DNA of 64,000 nt from assembly GCA_003021175.1 (NCBI GenBank), contig PXQV01000004.1:25015-89014 (forward strand), read 5' to 3'. Source of the stretch: Halobacteriales archaeon QH_7_66_36. Lineage in GTDB: Archaea; Halobacteriota; Halobacteria; Halobacteriales; Haloarculaceae. Made by a program: the position numbers and the translations under genes. Under the pieces are notes generated by a model. The model ran no database searches, was not told where the DNA came from, and was given only the letters and a program-made list of their open reading frames with translations. Positions 27,062-35,159 of this stretch are shown here, in pieces; the stretch's first letter is position 1; each line of letters opens with the position of its first letter.

Positions 27062-28264
27062 TCAGTACGACCGTGGGAGGCGGAGTTCGTTCTCGGCGAC
27101 GTAGTTCAGGGCGAGCTGTTGGGTGACGGGGACGAGCCGCGTGAGCCGCGCCTCGCGGAAGTAGCGCTCAACGTCGTACTCGCGGGCGACACCGAACCCG
27201 CCGTGTGTCTGGACCGCCGCGTCCGCCGCCTCGTAACACGCCTCCGCCGCGAGATACTTCGAGGTGTTGGCGAGCGTGCCGGTCGCGGTGCTGTCCTCGT
27301 CGGTTACCCGGCCGGCGGCGTCGAACACCAGCCCCTTGGCCGCCTGCAGATGCATGTACGACTCGGCGAGCGGGTGCTGGATCGCCTGATTCGTCCCGAT
27401 GGGCGCGTCGAACACCTCGCGCTCCTTCGCGTAGTCGACGCCGCGTTCGAGCGCCGCCTCGCCGAGACCGATACACTCGGCCGCGATGGCGAGTCGCTCC
27501 TCGTTGAGGCCGTCGAGCACCTGATAGAAGCCGTCACCCTCCTCGCCGATGAGTCGGTCGGCGGGCACGCGCAGGTCGTCGAACCACAGTTCGAAGGCGT
27601 GGACGGCGGTGCTCGCCGTCTTGGGAATCTGCTCCATATCGAGGGCACCCTGCCGGTTGGCGTCCGCCAAGTCGACGAGGAACATCGAGATGCCCCGTGT
27701 TCGCTTGTCCACGTCGGCCTTCGGCGTCGTCCGCGCCATCAACAGGAGATAGTCGCTCTGGTCGACCCGCGAGGTCCATATCTTCTGGCCGTTGATGACG
27801 TACCCGTCGCCGTCCCGCTCCGCGAACGTCTCGATAGAGGTGGAGTCAGAGCCGGCGTTCGGCTCCGTCAGCCCGAACGCCTGGATGGACTGCTCGCCGG
27901 CCGCGACCGCCGGGAGGAGTTCCTCCTTCAGTTCCTCGTGGGCGTACTTCACGAGCGGGACGGAGTTGTAGACGCCGCCGTGGATCGCCTGTGCGGTGGC
28001 GAAGCCGCCGCCGCCCGCGGCTATCTCTTCCATCATCACCACGACCTCCGGGGTGCCCATCCCCGCGCCGCCGTACTCCTCGGGGAGGAGGATGCCGAGC
28101 CAGCCGTGCTCACCGAGCAAGTCGACGAACTCCGTCGGGTAGCGCGCCTCGCGGTCGTTTCGCCGCCAGTACTCGTCGTCGAACTCCGAACACAGCTCGC
28201 GGATGTTGTCGCGGACGAGCCGCTGCGAGTCGCTCAGTTCGACGGAACAGCGCAGCCGAGCCAT
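27062..28264 (-). CDS. Acyl-CoA dehydrogenase
   Basis: 400 aa. GLTEPNAGSDS, a typical ACAD C-terminal helical domain, and a YFREARLTRL.PVT segment. Confidence 0.9.
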   Translation of the reverse strand: MARLRCSVELSDSQRLVRDNIRELCSEFDDEYWRRNDREARYPTEFVDLLGEHGWLGILLPEEYGGAGMGTPEVVVMMEEIAAGGGGFATAQAIHGGVYNSVPLVKYAHEELKEELLPAVAAGEQSIQAFGLTEPNAGSDSTSIETFAERDGDGYVINGQKIWTSRVDQSDYLLLMARTTPKADVDKRTRGISMFLVDLADANRQGALDMEQIPKTASTAVHAFELWFDDLRVPADRLIGEEGDGFYQVLDGLNEERLAIAAECIGLGEAALERGVDYAKEREVFDAPIGTNQAIQHPLAESYMHLQAAKGLVFDAAGRVTDEDSTATGTLANTSKYLAAEACYEAADAAVQTHGGFGVAREYDVERYFREARLTRLVPVTQQLALNYVAENELRLPRSY

Positions 28265-28285
28265 GGCTACGCATCCAGCGAGCGG

Positions 28286-28297
28286 CTTATAAATTTA
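28286..28297 (-). promoter_or_regulatory. Putative TATA box for the acyl-CoA dehydrogenase gene, overlapping the stop codon of the upstream PrpD-family gene
   Basis: Minus-strand TAAATTTATAAG is centred about 26 nt upstream of the ATG at 28264. Confidence 0.4.
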
Positions 28298-29656
28298 CGC
28301 GGGCGTGAGGGACGCGACGACATCGGCGAGGGACGGTTCGTCGGCCAGCGCCGCCAGCTGGTCGTGGGTGCGCTCGGCGGCCGCCTCGTCGAGGACGCGG
28401 GTCGCGCATTCGAGATACTTCTCTCGGAGCTGTGCCGTCGACAGCGGGTCCTCGTGGACGCCCGGCGGGTCGGCCTGTGTCCGCTCGTACGTCTCGCCGG
28501 CGGTCGTCACGACGCGGACGGTCGCGCCGTGGCCGTCGTACTCGCGGTCCGGGTCCGTCCCGAAGGCGACTCGCTCGCGCAGCGCCGCGATAGTCGGGTC
28601 GGTGACGGCGTTCGGTTCGAACGCGTTCAGCCCGACGCGGTCACGGACGAGCGCCGCGGCGACGCAGTGTTCCATCGAGAACTTCGCCTCCAGTCCCGTC
28701 TCGGGGTCGGGATTGACGAGCGCGTCCGCGGCCCCCTGCGAGGCGGTCACCTCGATCCGCTCGACACCGGCCGGGTCGATGCCGTGTTCGTCGGCCAGCG
28801 CCGCGGTCGCCGTGATGCTCGTGTGGGTGAAGTAACAACAGGGGTAGTACTTGACGTGGATGCCCTCGGTGCGGAGCCGCCACGGCTCGCCGGGCGGCGT
28901 CGGCGTCCTCGTCGCGCCGCCGCCGTACAGGTCGAAGAAGCCGTCGTCGCCGCTGATCGGCGTCGCGTCGGCGCTGAATCCGTCGCGGGCCAACAGCGCG
29001 GCGGTGACGCCCGACCGCGCCGCGAGGCCGGCGTGGAGCGGCTTCGTCATCGACCCGAAGTTCCGCTTCAGGCCTGACGGCATCGACGCCGCGATGGCGA
29101 GCGCGCGGTGGGTCGCGTCGGCGTCGAGACCGAGCACAGAGCAGGTGGCCGCCGTCGCGCCGAAGGTTCCGAACGTCGCCGTCGGATGCCAGCCCCGCTC
29201 GTAGTGTTCCGGGCTGATCGGCTCGGCGAGATAACACGCCGTCTCGAAGCCGGCGATAAACCCGGTCACGGCGTCCGCGCCGGTCGCGTCCGTTACCTCG
29301 CCGGCTGCGAGGATAGTCGCGACGAGGATGACGCTCGGGTGGCCGTCCATCCCCCACGAGAGGTCGTCGTAGTCGAGCGCGTGGCCGGCGGTTCCGTTCG
29401 CCAGCGCCGCGGCCGGCAGGGTGGCGCGTTCGGTCCGGCCGAGGAGCGTCGCGCCGCCGTCGACTGCACCCGCCTGCGCGGCGGCGAACCGGCCGGCACG
29501 CTCGCCCGCGTCCGCGTCGGTCCCGGCGAGCGTCACGCCGACGGTGTCGACGAACGCCCGCTCCGCCAGTGCGACGAGGTCACTCGGTGCGTCCTCGAAG
29601 TCGAGCGTCGCAACGAACTCTGCGAGAACCCGCTCTGGTGTGTCTCCATCTGTCAT
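28295..29656 (-). CDS. MmgE/PrpD family protein
   Basis: 453 aa from the ATG at 29656 (MTDGDTPERVLAEFVATLDFEDAPSDLVALAERAFVDTVGVTLAG), a typical MmgE/PrpD N-terminus. The track ORF extension to 29977 is rejected. Confidence 0.8.
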   Translation of the reverse strand: MTDGDTPERVLAEFVATLDFEDAPSDLVALAERAFVDTVGVTLAGTDADAGERAGRFAAAQAGAVDGGATLLGRTERATLPAAALANGTAGHALDYDDLSWGMDGHPSVILVATILAAGEVTDATGADAVTGFIAGFETACYLAEPISPEHYERGWHPTATFGTFGATAATCSVLGLDADATHRALAIAASMPSGLKRNFGSMTKPLHAGLAARSGVTAALLARDGFSADATPISGDDGFFDLYGGGATRTPTPPGEPWRLRTEGIHVKYYPCCYFTHTSITATAALADEHGIDPAGVERIEVTASQGAADALVNPDPETGLEAKFSMEHCVAAALVRDRVGLNAFEPNAVTDPTIAALRERVAFGTDPDREYDGHGATVRVVTTAGETYERTQADPPGVHEDPLSTAQLREKYLECATRVLDEAAAERTHDQLAALADEPSLADVVASLTPA

Positions 29657-29762
29657 ACCCGTAGAGGCGGTGTCACGGGTAAAAAGCCCTCGCCACGGCC
29701 GAGACGCGTTCGGCCGGGCCGCCGGGCCGACCTTTTTGCGATCCGAGGGCGTCTCCGCCGGC

Positions 29763-30755
29763 ATGAATCTCGAACTGCTGCTCGTGACCCAGTACGGGCG
29801 CGACCGGGCGCTTGCCGGGGTCGGCGAGGAGTTGCGCGAGCAGGTCGCCATCGCACGGGACGGGGCACTGAACGGGGTCGGCGTCAGCGAACACCACGTG
29901 ACCGACGGCCACCAGTATCTGCTGAACGAGGCCGTCGTCGCCCATCTCGCGGACGCGGTCGGCGACATGCGACTCACGACCGCGCTGTGTCTGCTCCCGT
30001 ATCACAACCCCGTTCGGATCGCGGAGTTCGGCGCGACGGTCGACGTGCTCACCGGCGGCCAGTTCCGGCTCGGCGTCGGCCTCGGCTACCGCGACGCCGA
30101 GTACGACGCCTTCGGTGTGGACCACGCCGACGGTCCCGGCCGCCTCGTCGAGGGCGTCGAGGTAATCGAGCGGCTCTGGACCGAGGACGCGGTGACGTAC
30201 GACGGCGACCACTTCCAACTCGACGAGGTGACCGTCCGACCCAAGCCGCTACAGGAGCCGCGACCGCCGATCTGGGTCGGGGCGAGCAACGAGTCGAGCG
30301 TGCGCCGCGGCGCGCGGATCGCCGACGGCTTCCTCGGCGCACACGTCCCGTTCGACCTCGCACGGCAACAGATCGCCGACTTCCGCGACGAGCGCGAACA
30401 GACGGGCCACGACCCCGGCGAGGTCGGCATCCTCCGGGAAGCGTACGTCGCGGAGACGACCGCGACCGCCGAGGCCGTCGTCACGGAGCCGCTGATGCGG
30501 AAGTACGAGGGATACACGGAGTGGGGCCAAGACGACGCCATCGGCGACGACACGTTCGAGTCGGAGTGGGAACGGCTCGCCGAGGACCGATTCCTCGTCG
30601 GGAGCCCCGACGACGTGGTCGCGGAAATCGAGCGCTACCGAGCGGCGATGGATCTCGATCACCTGTTCGTCCGCACGCAGTTCCCGGGGATGGCCCCGGC
30701 CGACGCGCGCTCGTCCATCCGGCTGCTCGCCGAGGAAGTCGCGCCGCGCGTGTGA
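29763..30755 (+). CDS. LLM-class (luciferase-like) flavin/F420-dependent oxidoreductase
   Basis: 330 aa from the ATG at 29763. GVGVSEHH, NPVRIAEFGATVDVLTGGQFRLGVGLGY, PPIWVGAS. Confidence 0.8.
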   Translation: MNLELLLVTQYGRDRALAGVGEELREQVAIARDGALNGVGVSEHHVTDGHQYLLNEAVVAHLADAVGDMRLTTALCLLPYHNPVRIAEFGATVDVLTGGQFRLGVGLGYRDAEYDAFGVDHADGPGRLVEGVEVIERLWTEDAVTYDGDHFQLDEVTVRPKPLQEPRPPIWVGASNESSVRRGARIADGFLGAHVPFDLARQQIADFRDEREQTGHDPGEVGILREAYVAETTATAEAVVTEPLMRKYEGYTEWGQDDAIGDDTFESEWERLAEDRFLVGSPDDVVAEIERYRAAMDLDHLFVRTQFPGMAPADARSSIRLLAEEVAPRV

Positions 30756-30844
30756 CGGACCGAGTGTCGGCGCTCTCTGGCGTGCCGGCAACCCGAACTG
30801 ACCGGCATCGTTAGGCTCACGCCGGGCGGCGACGTGGACTGATT

Positions 30845-31186
30845 GTGTCGATGGACATACGACCGTGGGACGACCCGTTCGAGACGGAGGCCGCCTACGA
30901 GGGAATCGAGCGTCGGGTGCTCGCCTTTACCGACGAGCTGATGCTGGTCCACTACACCGTCGATGCGGGTGCCGTCTTTCCGGCGCACACGCACGAGGAG
31001 GCCGAGCAGGCGGTGTACGTCATCGATGGTGAAATCGAGTTGTTCGGCGACGAGACGGCCGTCCTCGGGGCCGGCGACACCTTCGTCGTCGGCCCGAGCA
31101 CCGAACACGGCGTCCGTGGCCGAGCAGAAGAGACCCAGCTGATCGACGCGTTCACGCCGCCGATAGCCGAGTACGCGGAGCGGTAA
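30845..31186 (+). CDS. Cupin domain protein
   Basis: 113 aa. GAVFPAHTHEEAEQAVYVIDGEIELFGDE. Alternative ATG at 30851. Confidence 0.7.
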   Translation: MSMDIRPWDDPFETEAAYEGIERRVLAFTDELMLVHYTVDAGAVFPAHTHEEAEQAVYVIDGEIELFGDETAVLGAGDTFVVGPSTEHGVRGRAEETQLIDAFTPPIAEYAER

Positions 31187-31406
31187 GCACGCGCGGCCGG
31201 TCCCACGGCGAGGCCACCGGCCACCAGCCCGGTCGCCACGACCACCGGAAACAGCGGCACGAGGAGGCGGACGGCGGCCGACGACCCGTGTCCCGGCGGC
31301 CACAGCAGGAGAGCCGTGCCAGTCAAGAACACGACGGCGAGGGCGACGACGGCAACGGCCAGCCACTCGCGCCGCGCTCATCGGATCAACAGGACGGGCC
31401 GATAGC

Positions 31407-32047
31407 TCACGGTACCGTCCAGTAGCGCCTCCAGCTCGTCGCTCCTGCGCCCCGGTACACGTCTCGATACTCCCACACGCAGGAGGCTTGGGTCTCTGTG
31501 CTGGCGCGACAGCCGAGGCTGGGACGGCCTCGTCGGTCGAGCAGCCGCGCACACAGCGCGTCCAGCGAGTCGACGACTGCTGCCGGCTCGCCGCCGAACG
31601 CGGTCCACTCCTCGCCGCCGCGGTTCAGCCTCCGAACCGTGTCGGCGCTGATTCGCTCGTGGACCGCGTCTTCGATGCCGGTCGTCTCGACGAGCGACGC
31701 CAGCATCTCCGGGTTACCGTTCGAGAGTATCGACGGCGCGTACCCGCGGTATCGAGCCGGGCGACGGCGGCGGCCACGTCGTCGTACGGCGCGAGGTCGT
31801 GATACACGGCGTTGAGCTCGCGGAGCCGCTCGGGCGAGGGGTCGTAGCCGGCCGCCCGCAACGCGTCCGCGAGCCCGAGTCGGTGGAGCTGCATGTACGT
31901 CTCGTGCTCGTCGAGCGGGCCAGCGACGACCGCGGGGTCGTCGACGACGCCCTCCAGTACCGTCGCCGCGGCCCCGGTGTCGACGAGCGTGCCGTACGAG
32001 TCGAACGTGACCGCGTCGACGCGCTCGGGGTCGAAGGTCGGTGACAT
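31407..32047 (-). pseudogene. HAD-superfamily hydrolase (2-haloacid dehalogenase type II-like), frameshifted and internally deleted
   Basis: Frame 1 gives MSPTFDPERVDAVTFDSYGTLVD...AAAVARLDTAG. The reading then continues only in another frame as YAPSILSNGNPEMLASLVETTGIEDAVHERISADTV. This implies a 1-nt loss in the GGG run near 31745. The expected ~50 aa between ISADTV and the C-terminal GEEWTAFGGEPAAVVDSLDAL segment are absent. Confidence 0.55.
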
Positions 32048-32119
32048 ACCGACGGCTCGGGGGCCGGGAAGTTCCGCTTTGTGCCGCGCGACGGCACACA
32101 CGTGGGGGCGGCCGCGCGG

Positions 32120-33652
32120 CTACGCGTCGAGCGCGGGCCAGTCCGTCAGATGGCCGTCGTGGAGCGTCCGCTGCTGGCGGTCGACGTAGCGGCGCTGCAT
32201 CGCGCGGATCGCCTGACTCGGCGGCAAGCCGGCGTCCAGCTCCGCTCGGACGGCGTCGCGCTTCCAGCTCGCCGGGGTGCGACGCTGGTCGACGCGGGCG
32301 CGCAGCGGGGCGAGCAGCCGGCGGGCGCGGTCGGCCGGAATACCTTCCTGCTGGAGCCCCTCGGCCGCGACGCCGAAGAGGTCGGCGAAGAGCCGGTCCA
32401 CGTCGCGTGTCTCGTCGCCGTCGGCGGTTATCCACCGAAGGTCGGCGTCGAGCCCGTCGCGTGCCGCGGCGTAGAAGTTCTCCCGGGCCTGCTTCCACGG
32501 CAGGTCGGCCACGGGGTGGTCGGCGGCCGCCATCCCGGTGAGCGCGCCGGCGACGACGGCGACCAGCGCCACCGTGTCCGGAATCGTCGGCTGGCCGGGC
32601 AGCGGTCGGAACTCGACGCGGACGTTCGCCGCCGCCTCCGTAGGCCCCTCGAAGACGGGCCGGACCCACCGCCAGAAGCTCCCGTGCTTGTGTCGCAGGT
32701 GGACGAACGCGTCGTCGAACCGGCCGCCGGGCTCGATGTCGGCCGGGACGAGAGGCCGGTCGTCCACGAGCGCGTCGACCGCCTCCTCGACCGTCTCGAC
32801 GTCCTCGGGAAAACGCACCTTCGCCGGGCCATCGGCCGGGTTCATCATGTCCTCGTAGACGGGGATGCGGTTCTCGACCCAGCCGTCGTGGAACAACACC
32901 TCGCGGTCGGGCTCGGGCGCGTCGTAGAGGTCGGGCGGGAGGAACGGGGCGTTCGCGGCCAGCGCGACGAGCGGGCCCGCGAGGCGGATGGCGTGGCGCA
33001 GATGCCTCGGCAGGGCGGCCGCCGACCGGCACTGGTAGTGAGGCTGGATGGAGGAGGTGAGACTCACCGGGCCGGGCGAGTCGGCGTCGACGGTGACGCC
33101 CGGCACGTCGATGTGCCCGCCGATGGACCGCCGGTTGCTGGCGAAGCCGTGGTAGCGGGCGACGTTGCTGACGTTCACCGCGAGCGTGAGCCCCTCCTCG
33201 TGAGTCGCCTCGGTGAGGTAGCCGCGGGTGGTGTTCTCCGCCGGCCCGAGCGTCCACATGCCGTCGCTGACGAGCCGGAGCCCGGAGCCGGCCGCCCGCT
33301 GTTGGAAGGCTGTCAGCTTCGCGGCCACCTCCGTCCGGACGGCGTCGAAGCCGTGGCCGTTGCACGGATGGACGCCGGTCGTCAGCTCGGCGTTGTGTAA
33401 CCCGAGCTCCTTCTCGAAGCCGGGGGCCGCGAGCAGCGACCGCGGGAGCCGGCGGAGCCGGCCCGTGGTGCGGTCGGCCGCGTAGAACTCGTACTCCAGC
33501 CCAAGCGTCGTGCCGTCGTTGTCGAAGCTGCCGGCAGCCAACGTCTCTTTCAGCCACTTGGCCTCCTCGTGGACACGGTCCTCGAAGGCGTCGTAGTCGA
33601 CGCCGCCGGAGTCGCGCAGCCGGTCGACCGAGCGTGTGCCACCTTCTCCCAT
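32120..33652 (-). CDS. GCS2/YbdK-like carboxylate-amine ligase homologue, long form, paralogue 2
   Basis: 510 aa. GLEYEFYAADR, ELGLHNAELTTGVHP, VEFRPLPGQPT. 42 of 66 identities with paralogue 1 over an N-terminal stretch I aligned by eye. Confidence 0.55.
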   Translation of the reverse strand: MGEGGTRSVDRLRDSGGVDYDAFEDRVHEEAKWLKETLAAGSFDNDGTTLGLEYEFYAADRTTGRLRRLPRSLLAAPGFEKELGLHNAELTTGVHPCNGHGFDAVRTEVAAKLTAFQQRAAGSGLRLVSDGMWTLGPAENTTRGYLTEATHEEGLTLAVNVSNVARYHGFASNRRSIGGHIDVPGVTVDADSPGPVSLTSSIQPHYQCRSAAALPRHLRHAIRLAGPLVALAANAPFLPPDLYDAPEPDREVLFHDGWVENRIPVYEDMMNPADGPAKVRFPEDVETVEEAVDALVDDRPLVPADIEPGGRFDDAFVHLRHKHGSFWRWVRPVFEGPTEAAANVRVEFRPLPGQPTIPDTVALVAVVAGALTGMAAADHPVADLPWKQARENFYAAARDGLDADLRWITADGDETRDVDRLFADLFGVAAEGLQQEGIPADRARRLLAPLRARVDQRRTPASWKRDAVRAELDAGLPPSQAIRAMQRRYVDRQQRTLHDGHLTDWPALDA

Positions 33653-33746
33653 ATGGTATGCTCACACGGCAACACGCACATAAAGCTACGGTCGCTCGCC
33701 GAGCTACGACACGAGCGCATATGCCGGCGCGACCGCAGCGGACGGT

Positions 33747-34245
33747 ATGGCACGCCCCGCCCGACTACGGGTGTACCCGGTAAAGTGGCTCGACGGGGTC
33801 GGGGTGGAGACGGCAGCCGTCCGCGAGGGCGGCACGCTCGCGCACGACCGCGAGTACGCACTGTTCGACAGCGACGACGAGGTGGTCAGCGGGAAGCGGA
33901 CGCCGCGGGTCCACGACCTCTCGACGGCGTTCGACCCGTCGACGGGCGTCTTCCACGTCGAGACGCCCGCCGGCGAGCGGCGCTCGTTCGACCTGCCGGC
34001 CGACCGACGTGACTCTCGGTCCGGTCGCCCTGCTCGCGAGCGTCCTCGCGCGGTATCCGGGGCTCTTCGCGGTCCACGACGGGTGGATGGCGCAAAACGA
34101 GATGGTCGAAGGCGACCGCGAGCCGCGTCCCCTCGGACATGGAGGAGGCCGGCGAGGTGACGCGCATCGACATCGGCCAGCGGAACCTCGTCGCCCTGCC
34201 CGGCGAGACGCCGCCAGGGGCCGCGTCGCCGTACACCGACGAGTA
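33747..34245 (+). pseudogene. MOSC N-terminal beta-barrel domain gene, apparently disrupted by two frame changes
   Basis: Frame 0 gives MARPARLRVYPVKWLDGVGVETAAVREGGTLAHDREYALFD, which is MOSC_N-like. It turns Arg-rich after about 34005. Coding-like sequence continues in frame +1 (VTLGPVALLASVLARYPGLF...) and then frame +2 (MEEAGEVTRIDIGQRNLVALPGETPPGAASPYTDE, stop at 34245). Confidence 0.4.
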
Positions 34246-34322
34246 AACCGGGGTCGGCCGGCGGCGACGCACGCTAGCGGCCCGACCCCGGCCTTCTTGC
34301 GTCGCTCCGGCGAACAGCCCCC

Positions 34323-35120
34323 ATGGCTACTGTTCCGCGACTCGGTCTCGGTACCTCCGGCAACGACGACCCCGAGCAGTGCGCCGAGACCGTGCGCACG
34401 GCACTGGAGCTCGGCTACAGACACATCGACACGGCACAGATGTACGACAACGAGGCAGCCGTGGGCGAGGGGCTCGCCCGCGCCGGCGTGCCCCGCGAGT
34501 CGGTGTTCCTCGCCACGAAAGTTCACCCGGACAACCTCGGTGCAGACGACGTGATGACGACGGTCCGCGCGAGCCTCGACCGGCTCGGCGTCGGCACCGT
34601 CGACCTGCTGTACGTCCACTGGCCGACGGGTGCCTACGAGCCGGCCGAGACGCTACCGGCGTTTGACCGACTCTACGAGGCGGGGCTGACCCGCCACGTG
34701 GGCGTGAGCAACTTCACGCCGGAGCTGCTCGCGGAGGCGGTCGACCTGCTCGGCGCGCCGGTGGCCGCGAACCAGGTCGAGATTCACCCGCTGTTGCCGC
34801 CCCGCGAGGAGCTCGTTGCGGCCTGCGAGCGCCACGGCGTCGACCTCGTCGCGTACGCGCCGTTCTGTCGCGGCGAGGCGCTGACCGACCCGACGGTGAC
34901 GGCCGTCGCCGAGGACGCCGACGTCTCGCCGGCGCGGGTCTGTCTGGCGTGGCTACTCGAGCAGGGGGTCGCTCCCATCCCGAAGGCGACCGGCCACGAC
35001 CACCTCGCCGACAACTACGCGGCCTCGGAGCTATCGCTCGATGCCGACGCGCTCGCTCGCGTCGACGGCATCGACCGATGCTACCGACGGTTCGACCCAG
35101 AGGGCGCGCCGTGGCGGTGA
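34323..35120 (+). CDS. Aldo/keto reductase (2,5-diketo-D-gluconate reductase-like)
   Basis: 265 aa. LGLGTSGNDDPEQCAETVRTALELGYRHIDTAQMYDNE, VDLLYVHWP, NQVEIHPLL. Confidence 0.85.
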   Translation: MATVPRLGLGTSGNDDPEQCAETVRTALELGYRHIDTAQMYDNEAAVGEGLARAGVPRESVFLATKVHPDNLGADDVMTTVRASLDRLGVGTVDLLYVHWPTGAYEPAETLPAFDRLYEAGLTRHVGVSNFTPELLAEAVDLLGAPVAANQVEIHPLLPPREELVAACERHGVDLVAYAPFCRGEALTDPTVTAVAEDADVSPARVCLAWLLEQGVAPIPKATGHDHLADNYAASELSLDADALARVDGIDRCYRRFDPEGAPWR

Positions 35121-35159
35121 GCCGAGGCTACCCCCGAGGAGGGATGTCGGTCACGCCGC

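Noticed and set aside
30952-31332. 126-aa minus-strand ORF with a hydrophobic N-terminal part (FLTGTALLLWPPG...VPLFPVVVATGLVAGGLAV).
   Set aside because: It has no ATG. Its frame only closes after running antisense through the whole cupin gene. At best it is a remnant, and there is not enough evidence to call a gene.
31407-33665. Very long ORFs in the track with Arg/Pro/Gly/Ala-rich translations. Examples: 31407-33665 (752 aa), 44557-46950 (797 aa), 27056-29077 (673 aa), 59152-60963 (603 aa), 29108-30814 (568 aa), 52158-53897 (579 aa).
   Set aside because: They run antisense or out of frame to genes with clear family motifs. They have the composition typical of shadow ORFs in high-GC DNA and contain no recognisable domains.
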